A stretch of DNA of 52,713 bases, filler included, from Trypethelium eluteriae (Eukaryota), in NCBI GenBank assembly GCA_051942245.1. It is 3 parts of 3 records of this genome, joined end to end, with 100 filler letters (N's around TTAATTAATTAA, not from the genome) between each part and the next. Parts side by side here need not be neighbours in the genome. Positions count along the whole stretch, not along the records: positions 17,635 to 35,124 come from JAVECL010000587.1; positions 35,225 to 52,713 come from JAVECL010000588.1; 1 more part is not named here. One strand, given 5' to 3'. Shown piece by piece: positions 23,590-35,619 of this stretch. Below the pieces are notes generated by a model. It was not told where the DNA came from and did no database searches. It was given only the letters and a program-made list of their open reading frames with translations. The position numbers were made by a program, and so were the translations under genes. The stretch's first letter is position 1, and each line of letters begins with the position of its first letter.

Positions 23590-25374
23590 ATGACCGGCAC
23601 GAAAAACGTCCACCTCGCCTTCCGCCCCGCCCGCGACGCCGCCTCAACCGAATACCTCGAGCACTCGCGCGGCCTCCGCTGCTCCACCGACACCGTCCTC
23701 GCCGACGCCCTCCGCGCCCAGTACCCGGAGCTGCACCTGACGCTCACCCCACGTGGGACGTGCGACCTGCTCGCCTTCGCGGGCGCCGGGCACGCCCGCT
23801 GCACGCCTGTCGACGAGTCGTCTTCGTCGCTTCCCGCGTCCTCTTCCTCTTCCTCTTCTGGGGCGGCGCGAGGAGGAGAAGGAGGTGGTGGTGGCAGCGT
23901 GAAATGGCGGATGTGGTTTCCAGCTGCGCGACGGCTGGACGGCGGGGCGGGCGGCGCGCTGGTGGATGTGGTGCGCTTCGAGAAGTATCTCTACGAGTTC
24001 CGGGGCCAGGAGCACATTGTGTATGTGGCGACGGGCCAGGAGGACGGGTTGATACTGATGGTGTGGCATGGGATTCTGTCGGCGACGCCGATGGCGGCTG
24101 ATGAGCTGGTGACGGCGGCGTCGAGGTGGGGGGTCGAGCTGCATCAGCAGATTTGGGTGTTTGATCAGGGGTGGTGGCAGAAGAGTGGGGAGCTGTGGCA
24201 GAGCGTGCAGAAGGCGGAGTGGGAGGACGTCATCCTTGACGAGGGGAAGAAGAAGGCGATTATTGGCGATGTGGATAAGTTCTTTGATTCGAGGGGCACG
24301 TATGAGCGGCTGAAGGTGCCGTGGAAGAGGGGGGTCATCTTTCACGGGCCGCCGGGGAACGGGAAGACGATCTCGATTAAGGCGACGATGCATTCGTTGT
24401 TTGAGAGAGAGGATCCTGTGCCGACGCTCTATGTGCGGACGCTGGCGAGCTTTAGTGGTCCGCAGTGGTCGTTGTCTCAGATCTTTACGAAGGCAAGACA
24501 GACAGCGCCGTGCTACTTGGTCTTCGAGGATTTGGACAGCATTGTGTCGGATGACGTGCGGAGTTACTTCCTGAACGAGGTCGACGGACTGAACTCAAAT
24601 GACGGTATCTACATGATCGGTAGTACAAACCATTTGGACCAACTTGATCCTGGCATTGCGAAGAGACCCAGTCGTTTCGATCGCAAAATCTACTTTCCTG
24701 AGCCAAACATGGATCAGCGAATTCAGTACTGTCACTACTGGCAAGGCAAACTAGCTGATAACCCGGAGGTGGAATTTCCGGACAAGCTCTGCACGGCAAT
24801 TGCGAGGATCACTGACAAATTTTCCTTCGCATATATGCAAGAGGCTTTCGTCGCTGCCTTGTTGGCGATAGCAGCCAGGGAGGATGAGGAAGACGCAGAG
24901 AAGTCAGACATGCAGCAACTTGGGGAAGACGCGTGGCACCCAGGCCCTCGGCAGTATGGAGAAGATGCAAAGCGGCATCAAGAAGCCGCAACGCAGTGCA
25001 GCCTACAGCAGCATGGTGGAGATGAAACGGAGGCCGCCCTGCAGCAGCAGCTCGTACAAGATGCAGAAGGGTCAGAGCTCCAGCAGCAGCGAGGGCCGGA
25101 GGCACCACCAACCACTTCAGATTCGTCCACGACCGAGGATGATCTTGTCGATTTTTCGGTAATCACTGTTTCGGAGAAGGGCGATGATAAGAACCTGGAC
25201 GACTTGGTGCTGTGGCGGGAGATCCAGAAGCAAATCAAGATTCTCCGGGAGGAGATGGACTCGGAAAAAGAGAGGATTACCAAGCAGCAGGTTGCAGCGG
25301 AAAGGGCTGAGATGGGCATCAAACGAGCTGCTGTGCGTGAGTTACAGCATGGCCGATATGGGGAACACATTTGA
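23590..25374 (+). CDS. Single-domain AAA+ ATPase (fungal YjoB/BCS1-like family)
   Basis: WEDVILDE, KRGVIFHGPPGNGKT (Walker A), LVFEDLD (Walker B), FLNEVDG, GSTNHLDQLDPGIAKRPSRFDRK (second region of homology). Confidence 0.92.
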   Translation: MTGTKNVHLAFRPARDAASTEYLEHSRGLRCSTDTVLADALRAQYPELHLTLTPRGTCDLLAFAGAGHARCTPVDESSSSLPASSSSSSSGAARGGEGGGGGSVKWRMWFPAARRLDGGAGGALVDVVRFEKYLYEFRGQEHIVYVATGQEDGLILMVWHGILSATPMAADELVTAASRWGVELHQQIWVFDQGWWQKSGELWQSVQKAEWEDVILDEGKKKAIIGDVDKFFDSRGTYERLKVPWKRGVIFHGPPGNGKTISIKATMHSLFEREDPVPTLYVRTLASFSGPQWSLSQIFTKARQTAPCYLVFEDLDSIVSDDVRSYFLNEVDGLNSNDGIYMIGSTNHLDQLDPGIAKRPSRFDRKIYFPEPNMDQRIQYCHYWQGKLADNPEVEFPDKLCTAIARITDKFSFAYMQEAFVAALLAIAAREDEEDAEKSDMQQLGEDAWHPGPRQYGEDAKRHQEAATQCSLQQHGGDETEAALQQQLVQDAEGSELQQQRGPEAPPTTSDSSTTEDDLVDFSVITVSEKGDDKNLDDLVLWREIQKQIKILREEMDSEKERITKQQVAAERAEMGIKRAAVRELQHGRYGEHI

Positions 25375-27401
25375 GATGTGATTTGATGGCTGTTTCGCAA
25401 CGTGAACCCGAAAAGACCAAAAAAAATTAAACCTCTCTGTATTGATTGCCTTTACATGTATGCTGCTTGCGTCATCTAGCCGCCGTGAAGTTCAGGCCTG
25501 CCTAATGCATCCAAACAACGTGCTCGTCCAAAGATGGAGGGCTTATAGGGGGTACCAAGGAGGGCTTTTGTGGAGACCAAGGAGCTCCCGGCCGTCGCTC
25601 CCGTCCGCCGTCCGATTTCAACGGTCGCCTCCAATTGGCACAGAAATGGCGATGGGGCAATAGGGTGATGGAGTGGCAAAGCCGATGCATCCAGCTCTCC
25701 ATGTCGTGCTCCCTTAGTAACTGTTTGCGGGTTGCACCATCGGCTGAATAATCGTTTCATACGCAGCCGCAGCACCGACATGAAACGCCCCCATTTTACA
25801 GCCGCACAGCTCGTGCCCTGTGCTGGGCGCTTCGGGGAACATGGGCCAGTGCACCACGGTGCGTCCACTAATATCCCAGGCTGGATGTTCTGGAAAATGT
25901 ACGAAGGCGTTCATGCTAGTGATTCTGGTTCCAAGGGGTCGCTCTTGGCGATAGTGCAGCGCCGATACAGGGTGCCACGAGGCTTCCCTCATAGATGCCT
26001 TTTCTGCTGCGCAATGGTGCAGCCACAAGAATTGAAATTCTTGCAAAAGACGTCATGCCGAATGCGAATGCAAGGGTCTAGAAGTGTAGCCGTGTTGCGA
26101 AAGAATCTCGTGGTTGTTCAGGTTATTTCTGCCAACAGGTGTCGCGCATGTCGCTGACGATTGACCGGTCTGGGGGCTATTCTTGGGAGACGGACTAATT
26201 AGGTGAACTAGGTGGAAACAGAATTGGACTTGGCTGCTTGGTCCATGCCCGCCCCGCGCTCGGCGATCTATATCTGTTTTACCTTATCGACGCGTCAAGA
26301 TGGCGACGTTGTTGAATGACTATTATTGTAGGTTGAGTAATTTTGGATTTGCGATCCAGACGGCCCCTGGCCGCGAATGCGTCACATGCTGCGATGAGTC
26401 GACGGGACGCATGAGTCCTGACTTTCCAGGCAGCCGCGTTAGGAGCCTCACGCAGGAGACGCTAGCCGCGTCGGTGCCTTGACCTCAACTCAAGCTGGAA
26501 AGGACGCAAAGCCAGCTTAGCGAATTCTTGCTCTCTCACGAAGAAAGCCACCAAGCCTCAGCAGCGCACTGCCGCGCTCAGTCTGCCCTGTCACTCCCGC
26601 CGGCCATCTGTGCCATACGCTCACTCAGGCTGTGTGGTGGAGAATGAGGTTGTTAGCGCCAACGTTCAGGCCCTGTCCTGATTCCGGATCTCTCTCTGGC
26701 CCCCAATTCCGTACCTGCCTCAGCGCCGCGCAAGTTTGACCTGCTCGACACCCCGCTAGGCACACTCATTGGTGTCGTAGGCGTGCCTGACAGTACTGGC
26801 GGCGTTGGTGATTGGTGCTTGCGACGATAGCGTAGCTATCCCCCCATCAGTGCCATCCTGACACTCTCGATCCACACGCACAACGGATCCAACTGACGCT
26901 ACCATGTCCACCAAGCAGCAGCTTAAAAGTCTCAGGTTTGTCGATGAGTCTTTTGCCTCAATAACACTCCCGAGTCTCTAGTTGCATTTCTGCCTGCGAT
27001 TGAGGGCAAGCGGCCTCTTATGGGCCCTTTTCTAGGTGGGCCCCGAGGCAGACTCGACAGCTCCGCCTCAGAAATCAGTCATACCGTTAGGCAGATCTAG
27101 GTATCTATCTCTCCTACTTTGGCCGCTTTCATGACCATCCCCAGTGTATAAAGAGCACTGCCCCCGGCCCGTCATTGTTTGCTATAAATCTTCCTCTCTC
27201 AGACAAGCTTTAAATATCTTCACCACTGCTATCAAACTTATTTAACAGCGCTACTCCCCCATTGACAGGCTCTACCAACAACATCTGATCTATTTCTTTC
27301 TGCTCAATCCAAGTCTTTCCAATCTTCAACCATCATCAATCAATACGTCTCGTATTACATTAGACCACTCACCACAGTCGACTACCATCACCCCAACCAC
27401 A

Positions 27402-27737
27402 ATGTCTTCCTCTGGCTCATACTACCGCTCCTCAAGCTCCAGCTCGAGCTCAAGTCGCTACAGCACTGGCTACGCTGAACCAAAGAGTACGCTGGAAATT
27501 CTTAAGATTCTTCCAACATCCATCACTGACCACTTCTCTTCAGGTGGCCGCTACACATCGACGAGCTCACGGCAGTCCTCGTCTTCCTCCTCATACGGAG
27601 CCTCCTATGCCGGCTCTTCTCGTAGCTCTTCCTCTTACAGCAGCAAACCAGGAAAACCTGTCATTACCTACGGTGGTAGCAGCACCAACACCGGTCCCCG
27701 CAGCACCGGTGGTCAAGACGTCGGGTACTGGCGGTAA
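27402..27737 (+). CDS. Small Ser/Gly/Tyr-rich protein of unknown function (111 aa)
   Basis: Good start context (CACAATGTC), C-ending codon bias, TATAAA elements at ~27148 and ~27183, CT/CA-rich leader. Confidence 0.6.
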   Translation: MSSSGSYYRSSSSSSSSSRYSTGYAEPKSTLEILKILPTSITDHFSSGGRYTSTSSRQSSSSSSYGASYAGSSRSSSSYSSKPGKPVITYGGSSTNTGPRSTGGQDVGYWR

Positions 27738-28001
27738 CTAAAGCTGCTCACGAATGTCCCCTATCATCCGGACCGTTCTACTCGTTGCCATCATGAGTGG
27801 TGCGGCGATAGCAAAGGAGTTTTTCGCTACCGGCCGATTGCTACTGCGTTACTGTTTCGGATCTCTACCGGTGGGGGGTTATTCTTCACTGATGCAAACT
27901 ACGGCGCTTTTTTGGGAAATTTACCGTTTTGGATTTTGCTTTTTTGGGCTTCTGAGTCTGGGTCCGATCCGATTTAATCGCTAATGGCGCAAAACCGGGC
28001 T

Positions 28002-28078
28002 GGGGCTTAGCTTAGCTAAGTTTACTTCGGCGGCTACAGCCGAGAGGGCCACTACTAAGCTTGGCTAAGCTAAGCCCC
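28002..28078 (+). repeat. 23-bp inverted repeat / hairpin
   Basis: GGGGCTTAGCTTAGCTAAGTTTA (28002-28024) pairs with TAAGCTTGGCTAAGCTAAGCCCC (28056-28078); both mismatches are G-U pairs in + strand RNA. Confidence 0.85.
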
Positions 28079-29614
28079 GATCTGAATCGCGCCTTTCACA
28101 TCACCCACTTCGCCCGACCGGTCACGCGTCTGCTGTTTTATTATTGTTGGGGCTGAGCGGGAATTTCGGGATATCTCTTACGTTTCTATCATTGCTTGGT
28201 GTTGGTGGGTTTTCTCTGCAATTTGGTGGTCTGGGAAATCGAGTCCCGAACGACTGGTTAGGGGATTCTTTCCGGTGTACTATCATAGATGGGTTTGGGA
28301 AGGGTTAAACGGTATTTTACATGCATGGGCAACCTTGCAGATCTGGGAAGGGAGTACGGGAACTAATTTTGGGTTCTGACTTTTTGTAGAATTACACATG
28401 CAGGATTACACTACTCATCACCACCCAACACCACATTTCCTACTGGGCTATGTAAACGGGTTTCAAACTTTACATTTTATAGAAGGTGAAATCTATTATA
28501 TCTTAAGACACCGGTTAGAAATACTTTCCATCTCCCGTTTGGCAATGCAAAGTCTGAGCCTCAAATGACCTGTGATTATTGTACAGGTCCTAGATTGCTG
28601 GATCTCGGTCTAAGCAATGACACCAACATGTTTCCTCAGCATTAATGTCTTGAGTGTCCGTCTTATCGATTTGGATTGTAGCATTGATCTACCAGTACGA
28701 TCGCTCTGTTTCGACGAAGGCTCCTCAACAAATTAGGTATGCGGCTTTGTGTGACGCCTGCGTGGCTACCTAAGTACCTACCCATTCGGCTCTCCGAAGA
28801 TCAGCCCTCGAATGAGTTCTACCGTAGCTCCCACTCAAGTGCACCGATTTATCCCCTCTTTCCTTCAAGTCTCCGCTTTACTATCAGGAATGAGCCTCAT
28901 GAGAAAGTAAGACGGCTACCAACTGGCAGAGACTTTGGCACTATCATTCCACAGGAACCCACGCTACCACGCATCCGAATTGGACGTATCCATGATGATC
29001 CATTCAGGGCTCCAAAGAGGCAAAATGACATCAGTCCCATGCTCAGTGTCCTACTGGACTTCCTCCTTCGGATCTGTCTGCCCGTACAATCCCATATCCG
29101 CTATAGCATCTATCATCTTTTGCGAAATACAGACACCATTCCTCCTTCAGCGTAACCTCGCCCTAATGTGCATTCAGCTAATCTCTTCCTAAATCTCCTC
29201 TCAGCTACCCTTTCCGTCAACCGTTGAACTTCTAAGACCATCTCTTTGCGCCTTTCCATCTCGCTGGTAGCGTCTGGTCAGGCCGCTCGTCATACCGCGA
29301 TCATCCTCTCGGGAGTCGTCGCTGATTATCTCTAATTCAGTAGCGCGTCAGTCATCCCACGGACTGTGATAGTAAGCGGTATAAAATTATGTAAGCTCGT
29401 TTGACCAGGCTGACATCAAGCCGCGTGTCGAGCTAAAGATCGCTGCAGTCCAGTTTAACACTGAAGGGAGACCCTAAACATGGTAAGACCGCGCTCTGGT
29501 GTTTGTCCTCAGCATGTCGACGCATCACCACAATCTCGTGTATCAGACGCGATCGGTCCATGACCTGTACACTACTCGTGACTCTTTCGAAGAGGCTCTC
29601 AGTTGTACAGTCGC

Positions 29615-31714
29615 TCAATCGTATAGTCTTTCCTTTCTCAGCCTCTGCACATTCCCGGCTGCCATTCCGATTGCGATGTGTCCAATCTGTTGTTCTGGTG
29701 CTACATCTCCAAGCCTTACCTTCTTCTTCGCCCATTCACGAGTCAAATCTGAAGAGTCTTGTGTTGAATGTCCTTGAGCGGCAAAATATCGACTGTCTCT
29801 GATCAAGCTAGAGAAGCTATCAAAGATGTCCGGACCACGACGGGCTAGCTCGAGGAAGATCGTGGATAGACCGGCAAAGAGCATGATGAGTGAGGAGACT
29901 ACCAGTATGCCGAGCCATTGTCGATGACAGAATAGGACCAATTGTGATTGCTGAACATTGGCCGAGGAGTAACGGGAGTAGTAGAACGGATCAGGAGTCG
30001 CAAAGCCATTGGGAAGATTCTCGACGTAAGGGTAAGGCGGAATTGGGAGAGTCCCCTGTGACGTATAATTGCCTGTTATAGCGTTTGGGGCCAAGGTCGC
30101 TAACCAGGCCGTGTTCAACATTTGGCCGAGTCGCTGCTGAATGGCAACGGAATCGACATTAAAGAGTTCGACAGGCGAGGCGGGGCCCGCACCTGCAAAC
30201 TGTGTAAAAAAGGGCGCTTCGGGATCGGTAAGGTAGACCTGATTTGGGTCGTTACTGGTTGACTCCTGGGAAAGTGGTGTCAGGTAAAGCCAGTTCGTGA
30301 TAAATGCCTTGTCTGTCTCCATGATATTATCAGTACTGAAGTCGAGCATCGAGATATTCGGGGAAGTGAGCGGAGATAATGAGCGGCGGATGCCGACGAC
30401 TGAGCACGTTGCGCCTAAACATTGAACTTGCGACTCGACATATGTGGTCGTCATGTTGCATTCAACATGGTCAGCACCATTGCTATCCATAGATTCGACA
30501 TAGATCGTTCTAGGATCAGTCGAATTTTCCGTGTGCTTCTTGAGTCCGATCAGCATTTTACCCGAGTCCAACGTAGTGGTATGAGGATAGGAGCCGTTCG
30601 AAAAATTAGAGAACAAAGAAACGTCGCTCGATCCGTAATTTGGGGGCATCGGCATATGGATAGGAGGCGCGCAGTTGAAGCTCCAGTAAGATGACTCAAG
30701 ATTGAACGTTGTGTTTGTTGAGCCTACCATCGGTAACAGGGCCCCTCCGGGTGACGTTGAGCTGTTAGATGCAGACGTAAGCGGTACGCCAAGAAGTGAC
30801 GACCAAATCACATTAGCATCGTTTGTAATAGGCTTAAAGGCGTCATTTTCCGAATCTTCTGATCCTTCTAGATACTCCAACATGGGTATCTTGACGTTTC
30901 CGAATGCATCCTGTCCCTCACCTTTGATCGCTAATGGTGGCACAAGCGCAGACATATATGCAGCACTGGCTCCGGGATAATAAGAACCGTTTGAATTCCC
31001 GTTGGAAACAATATACCAGGAATTAGTATCGAGGTAGGAAATGTTCGCATAATTCTGAGCGGTAAGAGGTGCAGAAGATACCACACGTTGAGAAGCCTGG
31101 CCTCCAAGCGGAGAGATAGCCCACAGGATGATAAGCAGAATAGAGAGCACGTCCAGTCTCCGTAGCTTAAAGGGCAGGACAACAGCACTAACGACGGTCT
31201 TGGAATTGAGTAGCTGCTCCAGGGACAGAATAGACGCATCACGTTCGAGCCTCCACGCAGCGACAGACTTTAGGAATCGACCTACAATGGCGGCGAAAGC
31301 TATCGGGAAGATTGTTGGATTCTGTGAGAGATGTTAAAACATCCTCGAGTACTTGATTTGATGGACGACAGATCTTACCAGCTTCGCTGCAGCTATCAAA
31401 TTATTATCTTCAGGCCCCGACGTGAGAGCAGTCTTATCCCGCGCGTAGACAAGGAAGCCGAAGATTAGGAAGTACAGTGCCGGAAGAGCAATCAAGAAAT
31501 CCAAGAGGGCATACCAGCTTGTGGAGGGTGCCCTGACAGATCTATACGGCCTTCCATTCACAGGATTTGATGGACTTGCACCTGCTGTTGTTGACTCAAC
31601 ATGAGATGGAAGATGGGGCGCTTTCTCGCTGTTCCGCGTCGCAAGTTCATGTTCCTCGATTCCGCTGACAGGTCCGCCATTACTGTTGACACGCGCGTAT
31701 GACGCCCTAGACAT
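29615..31714 (-). CDS. Multi-pass membrane glycoprotein of unknown function (2 exons, intron ~31377-31322)
   Basis: Exon 1 with TM (YALLDFLIALPALYFLIFGFLVY), GTAAGA..CACAG intron, LLWAISPLGGQASQR-type segment, luminal region rich in N-x-S/T, C-terminal TM then PDIFDSFSSLIRDS and VRLGDV. Confidence 0.8.
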
Positions 31715-33163
31715 TCTTGGCGTTGATGAAAAGTTGAGCGCGCCAGAAGATGAGGTTCGTTCGTATGATTAGCAAGCAATTAAATCACGGTTGCAAGCAA
31801 GAACAAAATGGTGCGCTCAGGGGAAAAGAAAGAGTATAACTAGTGCAGCAGACGATTAGGAAATCCAAAGACTAGTCGCCTATTGCGATATTGAATGTGG
31901 GGGCCATTTGCGTCTCGTAACACTTGGCGCATCCATCGCGCCGCCACGAGCGCTGGACGCTCTACCCGAGCAGGTCATTGACAGGGAGGAAACCCACCCT
32001 TACATTTCGAGCAGAGAAGTGTGATTACATGCACAGAAAAGATTGAACGCGGAAGAATTAGTGACATCCACAAGAAAATATCTCGAGTGATAGTGGTAAG
32101 CGCTAGCAACTATCGACCGACCTGATGAGTCTCAACAGGGATGAGCTGTTCGTGGTCATGGTGGTCTTGACGGCGTTGTCATACGGATAGTCCCGTGCCC
32201 GGTGTGGGAAAGACTCCTTCGTCGACATCTCGAGGAATACAAAGCTTGCATTGCATCTCAAGCTGGATGTACAAGAGCAAACCAGTCTCCAACGAATGGG
32301 GCAGCCAATTCGCCAGATCCTGAGCAAATCCACGTAGAAAGCGGCAGCGGCCTAACGCTTGAGAAGCGTATTGAGAGGCAAACTACTGTGAACAAGGACT
32401 GTTGCACCAAACTAGAATTGGATTAAAGAGAGAGCTAGATGGTGTTGTGAAAGCTTAGTAAGGCTAAGTAGGTCCAGATGATTACCTAAGGTAACTTAGT
32501 GTCGTGTGCCACCAGTCACCCAGTGATGTTCGGATTCGGAGAGAGATACCCCGAGCATACGTCATTACGGTGGGTGCAGAGTACCATTTGCCCTGCACGC
32601 CAATTTCCAACTCCATACAAATCTCCACAAATGCGCCCACCTCCACGACGCCTAAATTAAAAAAGTAATGTTACTATTCGATAGAACAGACTCCAACGAG
32701 TACCGTCTTCAAATTATCCACACCAATTCCGTGCAGTGGTGGAGCCCCCCCAAATTAAAATCTTCATCTCGTCCTCAGCTACGGCGCCGCATAGAGGCCA
32801 AGTCCACGCACAATCCTCCGTTCCTTCCCATAGCGTTAAGCCCGACGCTTTTACTCCAGGCTTCAACATTTTTTCTGCACACTCCAGACAGGATGTAGCA
32901 AAGACATTTTAAATGCCGAGGCCATCAGCACATCTTTTCCAGTAAGCTTTGGAGGCAAAGATGCCCTGGCTTCAGGTTCTTCAAGAGGGAGTGTTCAAGT
33001 CACTCAGTACGGAGTAGAAACAAGTGTATTGACACAATGTCTACAATATCTGTTTGACGGGCACGGTCATTGGATTTTGGAACAAACTCAGACTTTCTAC
33101 AATCCACTAATCTAAATTCTTCTTTGAATCGCAGTCGACCCGATTGACCTCCCCCATAAGATA

Positions 33164-33865
33164 TCATGCCGATGATGCACTTCCCGTCTCAGCATTCTCT
33201 CGCTCACGAACCCTCCGCTCCTCCTCAGGCGTTCTCGTCTTAAGCTGCAAGGCATGGATTCCACCAACGGCGGCCATCTCGTCTTTGAGCAGGGCATAGA
33301 CCATACGATGCCGTGCCGCTTGGGTTCTTGACGCGAATAGCGGAGAGGTGATTGTCAGGCGGAAATGTGTCTCGCGAGAAACGCTGGCCTGAATTTCAGT
33401 ATAATCGGAACGGCATGGAAGGAGATATCGCAAGTACGAGCGAGACGAGATACAGACCTTCCTTGCATGGCCTTGTGGTGGGCGTGAAGAGAAGAGTCGT
33501 TGGCGATCTCAAGGTTGGTGGGTTGGAGAGACTCCGTGATCTGACTATGGTGAGCCAGGAAAGTATGGTTGTGATGGTATATAGATGGCAAGACTATTTT
33601 GAATGTATCATCACTTTTGCAATCTTGCTCTCCTTCGAAATGGATGATAGTTTGGAAGAACATTATTTCAATAATTCAACTACATTGACTTCCTCAGGAG
33701 ACCGGGTTGAACTTTGATCACAAAAAAAAGGGTAAACAAGCTTTTTACCTTTGCTCTTATCGCATCCTCGACAGGCGTCTGAGATTCTGCCATACTGGAC
33801 AATGGACGCCTAAAGGCCAGTTGTAGAGGTCGACGTAACATGCCTCGCCTTGCAGTTGATGCCAT
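33164..33865 (-). CDS. BolA-family protein (Uvi31/Bol1-like), likely mitochondrial, 3 exons
   Basis: Arg-rich presequence, TPVEDAIRAK|ITESLQPTNLEIANDSSLHAHH, ETHFRLTITS, ARHRMVYALL, GIHALQLKTRTPEE. Confidence 0.9.
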
Positions 33866-34111
33866 AGAATGCTCGGAAGGCCACGAATGCAGTCAACTCT
33901 CCTCAACTCTTCGCTTTTCCTTAGCTCGACTAGGTAATTAGTTCCCGGCGCAAACGTCGCGTTTTCCGCTGCATCGGAGTCCGGAAGAGAAAAACTCCCT
34001 AGATCCCCGGTTTTCGGACCAGCTTTTTACAGTCACCAACAAATGCCGACAGAGCACTCCGCATCCAATGCTTATCTTAAGCCCTGGGCAGTTCCTGCCT
34101 CTTAAAATGCC

Positions 34112-35124
34112 ATGCTGCAGCTAAAAAGATCGACGTTTAGTTTTAGATTCTCCTGTCAATCCTTTCCAGTTCCTTATTTTATACAGAAACATAGATCTCG
34201 AGCATCTTCGATTCGCATGGCTTCTACCCTTCCAAAACTACCTCTATTTGAGGCGATTGCCGGACATGACCCCAATTCAACAGCTATTGTACATTCATTA
34301 TCGGGACGGAGTTTCACTTACGGCGAGTTACTGAAGGATGTCGCGGAGACAAAGGAAAATCTTAAAAACACTGTCCATGGCAAGGACTTGGCCGGAGAGC
34401 GGATAGCTTTCTTGATAGAGAATGGATATGACTATGTAGGTGCGGAAAGCTGTGAACGTTTGCTATTCCTAGAATGATTCTAATACTGGGCAGTGACCAT
34501 GCTTTCCATCTTTGCCAATCATGGCGTCGCTGTTCCTATGTCTCCCGAATTTCCTCCCCACGAGCTTCAATATATTGTCAATCATAGCAGAGCTCTAGCA
34601 TTTCTATCATCGACGAGATGGTATACAAAGGCCGAACAGGTGGTCAAAGAGGGATTGAGCCATGGCACACTCATGACAAAAATTGAAAAGAGGGAGAGAG
34701 GAAGGTCTGGCGGAGAAGCCGTACAGCTTGAAGAAACTGGACCTTCCCGGGGCGGCATGATGCTGTTCACATCGGGGACGACAAGTCGACCCGTGAGTCC
34801 ACTTTCTGTCCATCTCGATATGCGCATGGCTGAGTTCTTCTAGAAAGGCGTCGTCCTCCCGCAATCCGTCCTCACCGCACAAGCCCGTTCTCTCCACCAA
34901 GCCTGGCACTACTCCCCCAGTGACCACATCCTCCACCCTCTCCCCCTCCACCACATCCACGGCACCGTCAACGCCCTCCTCACCCCCCTCCTCGCCGGCT
35001 CCACCATCGAATTCATGTTCCCCTTCAACGTCACCCGCGTCTGGGAACGCCTCGCCGCTCCTTTCCTCCCCTCTCTCCCCTTCACCAACGGCACCAACGG
35101 CCACAACACCACCTCCACTCCCCC
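34112..35124 (+). CDS. AMP-binding acyl-CoA synthetase (malonyl-CoA synthetase/ACSF3-like), 5' part, truncated
   Basis: SFTYGELL, GERIAFL, AMP-binding motif MLFTSGTTSRP|KGV, DHILHPLPLHHIHGTVNAL; second ATG at 34217. Confidence 0.9.
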
Positions 35125-35224
35125 NNNNNNNNNNNNNNNNNNNNNNNNNNNNNNNNNNNNNNNNNNNNTTAATTAATTAANNNNNNNNNNNNNNNNNNNN
35201 NNNNNNNNNNNNNNNNNNNNNNNN
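35125..35224. other. Artificial contig linker (44 N + TTAATTAATTAA + 44 N)
   Basis: Same 100-bp construct as 17535-17634. Confidence 0.98.
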
Positions 35225-35433
35225 AGGGGAGGTGGGAAGGCTTGGCGTGATTGGGTCGGTCTATGGAGGTTTGCTGTAAGTCCTCCTAGGCGGTATGGCA
35301 TGAAAGCTAAGAAAGTTGACGCTGACTTGATTTATGCAGGTTGTTTTTGGAACGGCGATTCTTAATGGAGTGTTACCAGATGTTAAGACCTATACCACAA
35401 GAGGTAAAAGAGGATGAGAAGAAGAAAAGGTAG
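35225..35433 (+). CDS. 3' end of a truncated membrane-protein gene (possibly an Rft1-like C-terminus)
   Basis: GTAAGT..GCTGAC..GCAG intron (~35276-35339); spliced tail GEVGRLGVIGSVYGGLLLFLERRFLMECYQMLRPIPQEVKEDEKKKR*; family identity is only a recollection. Confidence 0.45.
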
Positions 35434-35619
35434 ATGGTTGCCTATAACATTAGACAAATTCGAGTAACATGAAATCATATTCTTGTCTAGAGAAAGCCGA
35501 GGAAGTTTTCGTTGAATCATGCCTCGTCTTAGTGCCCCTCTAAGCTGGCAGAACGCATCGTTGAATTCTACATCTCCTTTCCCTTGACACATCTTTCTTG
35601 CCTCCCCTAAATATCCCAT

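Noticed and set aside
23644..24393. 249-aa antisense ORF in the AAA ATPase, and similar overlapping ORFs at 39912-40756 and 42860-43543
   Set aside because: Expected shadow ORFs from high GC3 and codon bias of the real genes
25400..27100. Several 60-140 aa ORFs in the intergenic region
   Set aside because: No motifs, codon bias or splice structure; likely promoter DNA; no ncRNA I could support
32450..32500. Short palindromes (TTACCTAAGGTAA and neighbours)
   Set aside because: Too short, and TAGGTA/TACCTA-type motifs are common throughout these intergenic regions
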